A stretch of 64,000 nucleotides of DNA, from NCBI GenBank assembly GCA_041690135.1, contig JAWLHY010000020.1, forward strand, positions 25,542-89,541. The letters run 5' to 3'. Source of the DNA: Armatimonadota bacterium. GTDB lineage: Bacteria > Armatimonadota > SYMT01. The notes beneath the pieces are model-generated. The model saw only the letters and a program-made list of their open reading frames with translations. It had not been told where the DNA came from and did no database searches. Shown in pieces: positions 1-9,488 of the stretch. A program made the translations under genes and the position numbers. The stretch's first letter is position 1. Every line of letters starts with the position of its first letter.

Positions 1-2
1 TC

Positions 3-644
3 GAGGCCGAAGCGCGCCGGGCCGATTTCCCCATCGATAAAGAGGTTTACGAAAAGGTCGGAAAGGACCCCCATGTCCCGGTAGCCTATGCCGGAGACTT
101 CGAAGCCCGCATCTGCTCCTTCGGACGCGACCCAGGTCGAGACGAGGTCCGTCACGGCCAACCGCAGATTGGGGCCGCAGGCAAGTTGGTCCGCAACGGT
201 GTGCTCCAGGCCGCGGGAGTCCAGGCGCCGCCCGCGGACAAGCTACTCGAAACCGCGCTCCAGTACGTGTTCCTCAGCAACACGGTGCCTTATAAGCCCC
301 CCGGGAACAAGGCCTACCCGGACCGGGTGAAGGAACGGTTTCGGCCGTTCGTCGCGCGCTTGCTGGCGTTCTATTGGTCCGGCGATGTGGTGCTAACCCT
401 GGGCACGGAGGCGTTCGACTGGTTCGCGCCCTACGCCGAAAAGGGCGCGGCGGCGGAGTTCTGGAAGCGGGAGGATCGCTACGAAGCTGATTTCTCCTGC
501 CTGCTCACCGCCGAAGGACCGGAGGGAAGCGTGTCAAAGCCGCTAACGATCTGTCCCCTCCCCCACCCCTCGCCACTCAACCAGCGCTGGCTGCCGCTCT
601 TTCCGGGTCTGCTCCAGGGACGCCTCCAACGCTATCTCAAGTAG
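3..644 (+). CDS. Uracil-DNA glycosylase family protein (5' partial)
   Basis: The frame of ORF 186..644 is open back to position 3 (EAEARRADFPID...FGRDPGRDEVRHGQPQIGAAG). It has the UDG-like G-x-D-P-G motif, SNTVPYKP and a C-terminal HPSP motif. Confidence 0.8.
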   Translation, partial: EAEARRADFPIDKEVYEKVGKDPHVPVAYAGDFEARICSFGRDPGRDEVRHGQPQIGAAGKLVRNGVLQAAGVQAPPADKLLETALQYVFLSNTVPYKPPGNKAYPDRVKERFRPFVARLLAFYWSGDVVLTLGTEAFDWFAPYAEKGAAAEFWKREDRYEADFSCLLTAEGPEGSVSKPLTICPLPHPSPLNQRWLPLFPGLLQGRLQRYLK

Positions 645-653
645 GGTCGGCGG

Positions 654-1778
654 TTATTCGGTGCATTTGACCACAATCACCGACATATCGTCGCGGGGCG
701 TACCATAAACGTCGAGGGCGGCCTCGATGACCCGGTCCACCAGCGCCGTGGCGCTTAGCTCGGCGCCGGCACGGACCTGCTCCCGAACCCAATCTTCGCC
801 CAGGGCAACCTCCGGAGCGGGATCAGTTACCCCGTCCGAGCAGGCGAAGAGGATGTCGCCCGATTCCAACGGAAGGCGCATTTCCCGGTAGCGGGTTTCC
901 ATCACACCGAGCGCCAGGCCGGTCGGGGCGATCTCACAAAACCGGCCCCGGTGATAGTGGAGAACCGGCGAATGGCCGGCGTTCACCAGGCTGACCTCGC
1001 GACTGTGGGGGAACAGCCACCCATACAGCATCGTCACCATGATCTCGTGGGGCGTCTCCTTCACGAGAACATGGTTCGTTCGCTCCATCACCTGCGCAGC
1101 CGACTTCGAGCCCCGGTAATAGCCGCCACTGATGAACTTCACGGCGGAGACCAGCGTGGCGGCTGCAATCCCATGTCCCGTGATGTCCGCCAGCTTGAAG
1201 GTGACGATGTCGTCCTCCGGATAGCTCTTACAACTCCAGTAGTCTCCACCCACTTCGGCAGCCGGCAACACGCGGCCAGCGATATCGAATCCGGGAATTT
1301 CCGGTACCGTTCGGGGGAGTAACCGCTCCTGGATGCGCTTGGCGACCTGGAGTTCTTTCGCCCACTGGTCGTGTCGCTGCTGCTCGATCGTGGCCTGGAG
1401 GCGCTCGACGTGCGCCTTCCACACGGCATCGCTCAGGCGATTGACCAACCGCACCAGATTTCCGTCCGCGGAGGGAACGGCCGGCAGATCCCGCAGGTCG
1501 AGCGACAGCGCGCGGGACAGGCCGTCTCGGAGGTATCTCAGGGTGGCTTCCGGCCCTACCAACTCTTCCAGGCCGCACGCGAGCCGGTAGGCTTGCGTTT
1601 CCAGTTCCGCCAGATCGTCCGGGGAAGAAGTGCGCATGAAACGCAGCGCCCACTCCAGCAGGCGAGCCGTATGCTCGGCGTCCAGCGGGCCCTCCCGCAC
1701 GCCGGCGGGGAGCGCCTGACGCCACGCCGCATGGCCCGGATCTTCGGGCTGGATAGTTGGTTTGGCAGCGACCCTCAT
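654..1778 (-). CDS. PP2C/SpoIIE (RsbU-like) serine phosphatase with N-terminal helical domain
   Basis: Motifs ELQVAKRIQERLLP, EVGGDYW, LADITGHG, NAGH, SDGVTD and RDDMS. Start uncertain (1778 or 1796). Confidence 0.9.
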   Translation of the reverse strand: MRVAAKPTIQPEDPGHAAWRQALPAGVREGPLDAEHTARLLEWALRFMRTSSPDDLAELETQAYRLACGLEELVGPEATLRYLRDGLSRALSLDLRDLPAVPSADGNLVRLVNRLSDAVWKAHVERLQATIEQQRHDQWAKELQVAKRIQERLLPRTVPEIPGFDIAGRVLPAAEVGGDYWSCKSYPEDDIVTFKLADITGHGIAAATLVSAVKFISGGYYRGSKSAAQVMERTNHVLVKETPHEIMVTMLYGWLFPHSREVSLVNAGHSPVLHYHRGRFCEIAPTGLALGVMETRYREMRLPLESGDILFACSDGVTDPAPEVALGEDWVREQVRAGAELSATALVDRVIEAALDVYGTPRDDMSVIVVKCTE

Positions 1779-1888
1779 TGCCCTGACTCTTCCCACAGAA
1801 GCGGTGTCGCCAATCCCACACAGATCGTGTTACCTCCGGGGCCTCCCCTGGTAAGACCATGGTAGATACTCCTGTAAAGGGGGAAGCG

Positions 1889-2716
1889 ATGGTTTCACGC
1901 GCAACCGGTCCGGCAGCAATTCTCCTTGCGAGCGGCTTGCTCGCATTCACAGCTCCCGCGGCGAACGCCGCCGGTGTTGGTTACTTCGAAGGGCGAGCAA
2001 ACGGCGTGCCCGTACGGGTGGTTCAGGTCGATCCGCGCGACCAGCGGGTCCGGGTGGGGATCGCGCTGCCCGAGCGGGGGATGGGGACTTCGGAGAGCTT
2101 CCATCGCTTCGTCCAGCGCACCCGGCCCGTGGCGGCGATTACGGGAACCTATTTTGACTTCTGCACGGCCCGTCCGCTGGGAGACCTGGTGATCAACGGT
2201 CGCTACATCCACCACGGATCCATCGGCTATGCGCTGACGGTCACCAAGGATAACCGGATCCGCATCGTGCGCCGCTCCGGCGGCCGGAAGTACAAGAACG
2301 CCGAAACCGTGCTCGCCTCGGGACCCCGGCTGGTTGCAGCCGGCAAGCCGTCGGTTTATCCCCGGCGGGAGGGGTTCAAAGACCAGGGGCTGTTCCGGCG
2401 CACGCACCGGGCCGCGGCCGGCGTGACCCGATCCGGCAAGCTCCTGCTGGTGAATGCCGCCACCCCGGTATCGATGTGGGAACTGGCCCGTGCGATGGTG
2501 AAGCTCGGCGCCGTGGAGGCGATCAACCTGGACGGCGGCAGCTCCACGGCGCTGTACTACGGTGGCAAGTTCCGGGCGCGCCCCGCCCGCAAGCTCACCA
2601 ACGTTCTGGTCGTCTACGACAATCCCACCTCGTATCGGCGCGCCTCTTCCGCCTTCTATCCCGGACTGGCTTTCCGGGAGCCTTCGGGAGTGTTGGTCAC
2701 CGCTTCAACCCGGTAA
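1889..2716 (+). CDS. Phosphodiester glycosidase (NAGPA-like) family protein, secreted
   Basis: Signal peptide, AAITGTYF, GPRLV and AINLDGGSST motifs. Start could be 1859. Confidence 0.85.
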   Translation: MVSRATGPAAILLASGLLAFTAPAANAAGVGYFEGRANGVPVRVVQVDPRDQRVRVGIALPERGMGTSESFHRFVQRTRPVAAITGTYFDFCTARPLGDLVINGRYIHHGSIGYALTVTKDNRIRIVRRSGGRKYKNAETVLASGPRLVAAGKPSVYPRREGFKDQGLFRRTHRAAAGVTRSGKLLLVNAATPVSMWELARAMVKLGAVEAINLDGGSSTALYYGGKFRARPARKLTNVLVVYDNPTSYRRASSAFYPGLAFREPSGVLVTASTR

Positions 2717-2917
2717 CCAACATCAGATCGGCGAGACTCACGGCCCATTCCCGCCGTAGTACCTTAAGGACAGGCATCCCAGGGGATTGCGTCCCACGCA
2801 AGCGCCCCTGCGCCAGGAATAGGCCGCAAGCAATGTGGGCATGAATGCCCTGGGAGTGGCGGGAACGATGAGCGGGGGAATAGGAGCTACGTGGAAACGA
2901 TACGTGAGGGTCGCGCG

Positions 2918-3958
2918 ATGACTCCGGGCATCCTCTACGACCCGATCTTTCTGGAGCACGAAACGGGCGAGCACCCGGAGAATCCGACCCGTTTGACGGC
3001 TACCGTGGCGCTCCTCCGGGAGCGGGGCCTGTGGGATCGCCTCACTCACCTACCGGTGCGGCCCGCCGCCGACACAGCTCTGAAGGCGGTGCATGACGAA
3101 CACTATCTGGAACTCATCCGCTACTACGCCTTACGGGGCGGCGGCTGGCTGACGGCGGATACCCCGTTCAGCGCCCGGTCTTACGACGTGGCGGTTCATG
3201 CGTCGGGAGCAGCCGTGGGGGCAATAGATGCCGTGCTCGACGAACGCGTGCCTTATGCCTTTGCGCTCGTTCGGCCACCGGGCCACCATGCCTGCACGGC
3301 GGAGGGCATGGGGTTCTGCCTGATCAACCACGCGGCGGTCGCCGCCCGTCACGCTATCCGCAAGCGGGGCCTGGAGCGGGTGCTCATCGTGGACTTCGAT
3401 GTTCACCACGGAAACGGGACCCAGGAAATCTTTTACGATGATCCCAGCGTGATGTACTTTTCGACGCACCAGTACCCGGCGTACCCGGGCACCGGCCGTG
3501 CGCTGGAAATGGGCCAGGGCGCCGGAGTCGGCACCACCGTCAACGTGCCCCTGCCCGCCGGAGTGGGCGACCTTGGCCATCTGGTCGCTTTCCAAGAGAT
3601 TCTGCTGCCCGCCGCCCGCCGCTTCCAGCCGCAGCTCATTCTCGTATCCGCCGGCTACGACTCCCACTGGCGCAACACGGCCTATCTCAATTCCATCCGG
3701 ATGGCGGTGAGCGTCAGCGGCTTCGCGCAGTGGGTCTCATTCCTGAAAGAACTTGCCGGGGAGTTGTGCGACGGACGCCTTGCCTTCGCGCTCGAGGGCG
3801 GCTACGACCCCGAAGCGCTGGCATGGTCCGTCGATGCGACCTTCCGCGTGTTGATGGGGGAGGCAGTTCACGATCCCATCGGTCCCTCCCCTGCGGGTGA
3901 CGAAACCGCCATCATGGACCTGATCGACGAGTACCGCCGCCTGCACCGCCTCAATTAG
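2918..3958 (+). CDS. Histone deacetylase family (Zn-dependent) protein
   Basis: HPENPTRL, RPPGHHA, GFC, DFDVHHGNGTQ, SAGYD and LEGGY motifs. Confidence 0.95.
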   Translation: MTPGILYDPIFLEHETGEHPENPTRLTATVALLRERGLWDRLTHLPVRPAADTALKAVHDEHYLELIRYYALRGGGWLTADTPFSARSYDVAVHASGAAVGAIDAVLDERVPYAFALVRPPGHHACTAEGMGFCLINHAAVAARHAIRKRGLERVLIVDFDVHHGNGTQEIFYDDPSVMYFSTHQYPAYPGTGRALEMGQGAGVGTTVNVPLPAGVGDLGHLVAFQEILLPAARRFQPQLILVSAGYDSHWRNTAYLNSIRMAVSVSGFAQWVSFLKELAGELCDGRLAFALEGGYDPEALAWSVDATFRVLMGEAVHDPIGPSPAGDETAIMDLIDEYRRLHRLN

Positions 3959-4043
3959 GTCCTATCCGGCCGGATTTTCTCGACACAGAGGGACACAGAA
4001 AAGACGAGACGGCACACAGAAAATGCGGCAGGGTGTGAATCGC

Positions 4044-4080
4044 AAGGGGGGAGCGGCGCTTCGGCCGCTCCCCCCTTTCT
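4044..4080. terminator. Intrinsic terminator hairpin between convergent genes
   Basis: AAGGGGGGAGCGGC-gcttcg-GCCGCTCCCCCCTT followed by TCT. Confidence 0.8.
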
Positions 4081-4140
4081 GATTCCTGATGCCGGCTACC
4101 GATCGCCGGTTTCCTTATCCTGATCCGGTTTCTTTATCCT

Positions 4141-5010
4141 TTACCCGCCCTTGTTTGCGGGCAGGAGGGATTGGGTGAACAGGAGGAGGTCCTGCAGGTT
4201 CGTGCCGCGGGAATTGGTGCGCGCGTTGACCACCTTCCGGACGAGACGCTCGAAGTGCTCGAAGGCGGCGGTATGGTCGTATCCGCCGGCAGCCCGCCGC
4301 ATCTGGATGGCCTTGCGCTTGTAGTTCTCGAGCATCATCGAAAGCGGCATGCTGAAGCCCTCCAGCACTTCTTTCATCTGCACGACCTGGCGGGTCGTGG
4401 CCTCTCCCAGGGCATCCAGCACGAGTTGGCTAAAGAAGTGGCAGTGGCGCGCTTCGTCCTGGGAAAGCTTGGCGAGCACGGAGCGCAGGATCGGCTCCTC
4501 GACGGACTGGCGCAGGCAGGAGTAGTAAAGCTGGGTCGCCTTCTCCTGGACGGCCGTGTAGGTGAAAAGCTGGGTCGGGTTCTCGTGGGGAACGTGATAG
4601 GTCTTCTTTCCCTCGAGCACCATCAGGTCGGTAAGGGCATTCGGGTCGCGGCGGCCGCTGTTCCGGAGCCACAGCTCCAGCACGTGAGCGTGGCGATCTT
4701 CTTCCATGATCCAGCGGAACACGAAGTGGAGCATCTGCCGGCACATCCACGCCTCTTCGTCGGTGCGGTCGGGCGTGACCATGAAGAGACGCATGTACTC
4801 GGAGCCGTAACCGGGGATGTGGTCTTCCACCAGCATCGCCGTCTCGACGGCGCCCACATGGGTGTCCTTCATCCCACTGTCGGTGACGCTGTCCTTCAGT
4901 GCGGCCCAATCGAAGTCTTCGAACCGGTTGTAGCCTACGTTATCATTCTGGCGGAGGTAATCCGTAACGTGCTTTTCCAGGCGCACGAGCGCCGGCGAAT
5001 CGTATTCCAT
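4141..5010 (-). CDS. Acyl-ACP desaturase-like (ferritin-like di-iron) protein
   Basis: Di-iron motifs VEDH, WIMEEDRH, QEKAT and DEARH, plus FSMP. Confidence 0.85.
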   Translation of the reverse strand: MEYDSPALVRLEKHVTDYLRQNDNVGYNRFEDFDWAALKDSVTDSGMKDTHVGAVETAMLVEDHIPGYGSEYMRLFMVTPDRTDEEAWMCRQMLHFVFRWIMEEDRHAHVLELWLRNSGRRDPNALTDLMVLEGKKTYHVPHENPTQLFTYTAVQEKATQLYYSCLRQSVEEPILRSVLAKLSQDEARHCHFFSQLVLDALGEATTRQVVQMKEVLEGFSMPLSMMLENYKRKAIQMRRAAGGYDHTAAFEHFERLVRKVVNARTNSRGTNLQDLLLFTQSLLPANKGG

Positions 5011-5311
5011 TTTTCACCTCAAACCTGCGGCCGCGGCGCGTTCTGCGGCCATTGAAGAGCTCTGACTTCCTCCGCGCATTCTCGCAGAGTTATACCGAAG
5101 GCCCATGCAGAAATCACATGTGACGACCGGAGACACCCGTCATTGACCGCTTCCAGGCCCACCCCTTAACTTTTGCCCACCAGAGGAACTCATTCACCCT
5201 GGAGCCTGCGTAGGCCTTGCGGAGGGGAGCGCGAGTTCGCTCGCCCAGCCGAAGTCCCGCTCAGGCAACTCTATTCCTGACACGCAACTTTTCCCAGAAA
5301 GGTAGAACACT

Positions 5312-5743
5312 ATGCGTCGGCCGAAGCATGAGAATACGGTCATCCCCGGATGCGGATTCCATCACGTCGCGATCCGCACCTCTCAGTGGGACCGTTCCCT
5401 CCAGTTCTGGACGGAAGCCCTGGGCTTCAAACTCGCCGTCCAGTGGGGAGAGGAGCCACGACGCGCCTGCATGCTCGATACCGGCGACGGGAACTACCTC
5501 GAGATCTTCGAGCGGGACCCGGTTCCGGAAGGGGTCCCCAGCGAAGCTGCCATCCTCCACTTCTGCTTCCGCACCGATGATTGCGACGCAGCCATCGAAC
5601 GGGCTCGAGCCGCGGGCGCGGAAGTCACGGTAGAGCCCAAGGACGTCGCCATCTTCGGCGAGCCGCGCATCCCGGTCCGATTAGCCTTCTTCAAGGGGCC
5701 GAACGGCGAGATTTGCGAACTCTTCCAGAACGAAGTCCTGTAA
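5312..5743 (+). CDS. VOC/glyoxalase family protein
   Basis: FHHVAIRT, LEIF, LHFCF and FFKGPNGEICEL motifs; AGAAAGG upstream. Confidence 0.9.
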   Translation: MRRPKHENTVIPGCGFHHVAIRTSQWDRSLQFWTEALGFKLAVQWGEEPRRACMLDTGDGNYLEIFERDPVPEGVPSEAAILHFCFRTDDCDAAIERARAAGAEVTVEPKDVAIFGEPRIPVRLAFFKGPNGEICELFQNEVL

Positions 5744-5751
5744 GCAAAGAC

Positions 5752-5786
5752 GGGCCTGCGGCGCACCTCCGACGCAGGCCCTTGTT
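5752..5786 (+). terminator. Probable terminator after VOC gene
   Basis: GGGCCTGCG...CGCAGGCCC followed by TTGTT. Confidence 0.55.
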
Positions 5787-5840
5787 GCGTATTCCGGGTC
5801 GCTTCTCACTCCCCCACGCAAAACAAGCCCCGTCAGCCCG

Positions 5841-5922
5841 CCCCTCATCCTTCCTTATCCTTACGCTCATCCTCATCCTCCTCCTGATCCCCCGCCGCCC
5901 CTCTTCATCCTGATCCTTATCC
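5841..5922. repeat. Degenerate 6-nt (ATCCTN) tandem repeat tract
   Basis: cctcatcc ttccttatcc ttacgctcat cctcatcctc ctcctgatcc...tcatcctgatccttatcc. Related tracts at about 4111-4141 and, inverted, about 48172-48222. Confidence 0.7.
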
Positions 5923-5980
5923 GCCATAGGGCTTGAGCGGGCCTCATTCCGGGTACAGGATGCCGGGAGGACACGAGAGA

Positions 5981-6358
5981 ATGCAGAAGGATACGCGCAA
6001 CCTCACGGTAGCCCAGGAGCATCTCCGCACCGCGATGCAGGAAGTCACCCTGGCGCAAGGGCAGTCAGAGCAGTCGATGGCGCGCGCCTCCGCCGAACGC
6101 GCGATGCGAAACATGGACCTGGTGGTCCGGCGCCTGGAGACGGAACGGGGACGGCTGGCCCGGACCTCACTGGAGACCGAACTGGAGGCGGCCTTCGCCT
6201 CGGCCCAACGCGCCTGGCAGGGGCTGCACGACGTGCTGAACGACTGGGAGTATGCTTCGCAGGCCGGTTTGGGTCAGGTCCGCGATGATCTGGCCGCGGC
6301 TGAGCAGCGGGTCACCAGCATCTGCGACAAAGCACCCCAGGAAGCCATGCACCCCTAG
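5981..6358 (+). CDS. Hypothetical alpha-helical protein
   Basis: ATG at 5981 preceded by GGAGG; amphipathic helical pattern; no family recognised. Confidence 0.65.
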   Translation: MQKDTRNLTVAQEHLRTAMQEVTLAQGQSEQSMARASAERAMRNMDLVVRRLETERGRLARTSLETELEAAFASAQRAWQGLHDVLNDWEYASQAGLGQVRDDLAAAEQRVTSICDKAPQEAMHP

Positions 6359-6394
6359 CGTTGGACAAGTGCACCACCGGAATGCCGTCCGGAT

Positions 6395-6546
6395 TGGGAG
6401 TGTGGAAGTGTGGGAGTATGGGGGAGTAGGGAACGGGTGGTCGTGGCCTCACCCATTCTCCCATTCTTCCTCTTCTGCATGCGTCGAGTGAAGCGGGATC
6501 CGCCATGGGCATTACCCGGCGTCTCCCACTCCCCCACTCTTCCCAT
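6395..6546. repeat. Octamer (GGGAGTRT-like) tandem repeats with inverted copies between convergent genes
   Basis: tgggagtgtggaagtgtgggagtatgggggagt, then complementary cccattctcccattct and cccactcccccactct. Confidence 0.7.
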
Positions 6547-6580
6547 CCGGATAATATCCGGATGAAGGCTCCGGATCCCC

Positions 6581-7819
6581 TTAGCCGGCGAAGAGCGGAA
6601 ACCCGCTGGTGAGTTCCTTCACTTCCGCCGTCACGCGGGCCAGGACTGCTTCATCGCTCCGGCCGCGGATGGCGGTGGAGATCAGTTCGGCGATCCGGTC
6701 CATCTCCGCTTCCTTCATGCCACGGGTGGTCACGGCGGGGGTGCCGATGCGGATCCCCGAAGTGACCATCGGCTTCTGCGGGTCGCGCGGGATGGCGTTC
6801 TTGTTGACCGTGATCCCCACGTGGTCCAGCAACTCCTGGATTTCCTTACCCGTGAGCCCCATGGGCACGAGGTTCAGCAGCATCAGGTGGTTGTCGGTGC
6901 CGCCCGACACGAGCGTGAACCCGCGGTTCATCAGCCCCTCCGCCAGGGCCTGGGCATTCTTCACGATCTGGCCGCAGTAGTCGCGGTAGGCCTCGGTGTG
7001 GAGCTGCTTGAAGGCCACTGCCTTCGCCGCAATCACGTGCATCAGCGGGCCACCCTGGGAGCCGGGGAACACAGCGGAGTCGATCGGCTTCGCGAAGCCC
7101 TCCTGGCAGAGGATGAGGCCGCCACGGGGACCCCGCAAGGTCTTGTGCGTCGTACTGGTGACGATCTGGGCGTGCTCCACCGGATTCGGGTAATGACCGG
7201 TGCAGGAGAGGCCGGCGAAATGCGCCATGTCGACCATCAGGAGCGCCTCGACCTCGTCGGCAATCTGCCGGAACCGGGCAAAGTCGATCCGGCGCGGATA
7301 GGCCGAGTACCCGGCTACAATCAGCTTCGGGCGGTGTTCCTTCGCTTTAGCCAGCACCTCATCGTAGTCGATCAGCCCACTCTCCGGGTGCACCCCGTAG
7401 GCCACGAAGTTGTAGAGCTTGCCCGAGAAGTTGACCGGCGATCCGTGCGTCAGGTGACCGCCTTCCGCGAGCGACATACCCAGCACCGTGTCGCCGGGCT
7501 TGATGACCGCCATATAGGCTGCCTGGTTGGCCTGCGCTCCGGAGTGCGGCTGTACGTTCGCGTGCTCCGCACCGAAGGCGCTCTTGATGCGGTCGCGCGC
7601 CATGTTTTCGGCGATATCCACGATCTCACAACCACCGTAATACCGGCGCCCGGGGTAACCTTCGGCATACTTGTTTGTGAGGACCGAACCCATCGCTTCC
7701 AGCACGGCCGGAGACACAAAGTTCTCCGAGGCAATGAGCTCGATCTTCTCGCGCTGGCGTACTTCTTCCTGGCGGATGACGTCGTAGATTTCCGGATCGT
7801 AATCCTGAAGGTTTGACAC
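6581..7819 (-). CDS. glyA: Serine hydroxymethyltransferase
   Basis: [25 protein letters not shown] and [14 protein letters not shown] motifs; GTG start at 7819 with AAGGAG RBS. Confidence 0.98.
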   Translation of the reverse strand: MSNLQDYDPEIYDVIRQEEVRQREKIELIASENFVSPAVLEAMGSVLTNKYAEGYPGRRYYGGCEIVDIAENMARDRIKSAFGAEHANVQPHSGAQANQAAYMAVIKPGDTVLGMSLAEGGHLTHGSPVNFSGKLYNFVAYGVHPESGLIDYDEVLAKAKEHRPKLIVAGYSAYPRRIDFARFRQIADEVEALLMVDMAHFAGLSCTGHYPNPVEHAQIVTSTTHKTLRGPRGGLILCQEGFAKPIDSAVFPGSQGGPLMHVIAAKAVAFKQLHTEAYRDYCGQIVKNAQALAEGLMNRGFTLVSGGTDNHLMLLNLVPMGLTGKEIQELLDHVGITVNKNAIPRDPQKPMVTSGIRIGTPAVTTRGMKEAEMDRIAELISTAIRGRSDEAVLARVTAEVKELTSGFPLFAG

Positions 7820-7844
7820 CCTCTGTCTCCTTCGTTCGGACAAC

Positions 7845-7958
7845 AAAAAAGCAGCCGCAGGGGCCACGGCTCCTGACTGCTTGAGCCCAGGCGAGCGGCT
7901 GTTTCTTCCCCCGTGCTCCCCGGTGGTCGTCCACCTGATCTCGCCAGTTACACGGGAG
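7845..7958 (-). promoter_or_regulatory. ZMP/ZTP (pfl) riboswitch with downstream intrinsic terminator
   Basis: The minus strand reads CCCGTGTAACTGGCGA..GGTGG acga CCACCGGGGAGCACGGG..GCCGCTCGCCTGGGC (aptamer about 7884-7958), then the terminator GCAGTCAGGAGCC gt GGCCCCTGCGGCTGC-TTTTTT. It lies upstream of glyA, a canonical target. Confidence 0.93.
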
Positions 7959-8129
7959 TAGTTCCACGGGTATACGCTGCCGGACCAACACAGGCCCGGT
8001 CGCGGGCGGGCTGCTGTTCAGTCACCCTCCTGCGGAACCGGATCATTGTACCTCCGGCTCGACAGCCCGTGTCAACTTCCGGCCGATTCCGGGATAGCGC
8101 CAGGAAATACCGCGAGGCGCCTGTATCCG

Positions 8130-8522
8130 CTACTCCGTGAATTCGAGCAGATCGGGGAGGACGAGTTGTTCGTGTGCGACACGGCGCCGATTACGAGTGC
8201 GCTTTTGGCGCGGGTTCGCGGCCGCGTTTCCCTGGGGCTGGGTTGAGGAACACTCGGCGGCGGAACGGCAGGCCGAGCAAACATTGCCTCGGCGACGTGG
8301 TACCATCCACCGCCGGCATGCCTCGCAGTGAACGTAGCAGCGGTCTTCCACGTACAGAAGCGCGGTGCCCTCTCCCGTCAGCAACACCCACGTTCCTGCG
8401 GACGCGTGACGCCGGGCCTGGCGGCCGGCGACAGCCAACGCCTGCCGTTCGGATGGGTAGGTTTCTACAGGAATCGCCAGGAGGGTCAATCCAGTCCGGG
8501 CGTCCGCCAGGCGGTAGATCAT
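8130..8522 (-). CDS. Hypothetical small protein with CxxC..CxxC zinc ribbon
   Basis: ATG at 8522 with purine-rich upstream sequence; CEAC and CSAC pairs; fills the gap between glyA and the sigma factor. Confidence 0.55.
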   Translation of the reverse strand: MIYRLADARTGLTLLAIPVETYPSERQALAVAGRQARRHASAGTWVLLTGEGTALLYVEDRCYVHCEACRRWMVPRRRGNVCSACRSAAECSSTQPQGNAAANPRQKRTRNRRRVAHEQLVLPDLLEFTE

Positions 8523-8870
8523 TCCATTCCCTGCGCTTACGTAAGGTGGGACCTCCAGCTAAAGCGGCCGGGGTGCTCTTACTTCCTTAGTATTCGCGGA
8601 TGCGAGTTGAACATACGCCTGGATTGGTTGCTCGGTAGCGAGCCCTTCCGCGGAGAACAGCGCCAGGTGGACTCATCCGGTGCTTTCTCCTGCCTATCTG
8701 TAGCATTGACGACTCAAAGCTCCCCGGAGTCGGGAGGTGGAGAAGGGCTTTCTCTGGAATCCTGCAACAACCACTGGAGGCCCTCCGGCGCAAATGTTTC
8801 TCGCGTTGGGAGTGAACACCCGGAGCCCTCCGGCGCAACTAACCGGTCGACAGGAGACGGCAGAGAGCCC

Positions 8871-9488
8871 ATGCAGAAAACCGATCCCGAAGACCGAGAG
8901 TGGATCCGGCAACTCCAGCGGGGAGAGGCGCTCGCCTTCGAGCGCCTCCTCGACCGTTATGAGCGCCGGGTCTACAATCTGGCGCTCCGAATGCTAGGGG
9001 GTCACTCCACCGATGCGGAAGACGCTACCCAGGACATTTTTCTCGAAGTCCATCGCTCTCTGCCGCGCTTCCGAGGAGAGGCCCGGCTGGATACCTGGAT
9101 CCACCGCATTGCCGTAAACGTCTGCCTGCAGCGACGGCGGAAGAAAGTATTGCCAACGACGGAACTGCCGGAAGCCGACCTTCTGGACGGGACCGAGGGA
9201 GACCCCTTTCAGGCTGCGGTGCGCGGCGAACTCCGGGAAATCCTCACGGTAGCGCTGGATCATCTCCCACCCGCGCAGCGCGACGTGGTGCTGCTTCATG
9301 GAATGCAAGGACTCAGTTACTCCGAAGTTGCAGAGGCGATGAGTTGCCCGGTCGGAACCGTGAAGTCCCGGCTCTCCACGGGATTCAGGCGCCTCCGCGA
9401 GCTTCTGGGGGGTTACCTCTCCGATCCGAATTGCCCCATGGCAACCGCACCGCACACTGTTTCCACCGGGGTGGAGGCTAACGGATGA
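8871..9488 (+). CDS. ECF (RpoE-like) RNA polymerase sigma factor
   Basis: AFERLLDRY, DAEDATQDIF, TWIHRIAVN and LSYSEVAEAMSCPVGTVKSRL; AGGAG upstream. Confidence 0.93.
   Translation: MQKTDPEDREWIRQLQRGEALAFERLLDRYERRVYNLALRMLGGHSTDAEDATQDIFLEVHRSLPRFRGEARLDTWIHRIAVNVCLQRRRKKVLPTTELPEADLLDGTEGDPFQAAVRGELREILTVALDHLPPAQRDVVLLHGMQGLSYSEVAEAMSCPVGTVKSRLSTGFRRLRELLGGYLSDPNCPMATAPHTVSTGVEANG

Noticed and set aside
5200-5270. Riboswitch upstream of the VOC gene
   Set aside because: Some hairpin potential, but no recognisable aptamer consensus.
8328-8870. N-terminal extension of the ECF sigma ORF (386 aa)
   Set aside because: It overlaps the opposite-strand ORF and promoter region. Homology and the RBS support the start at 8871.
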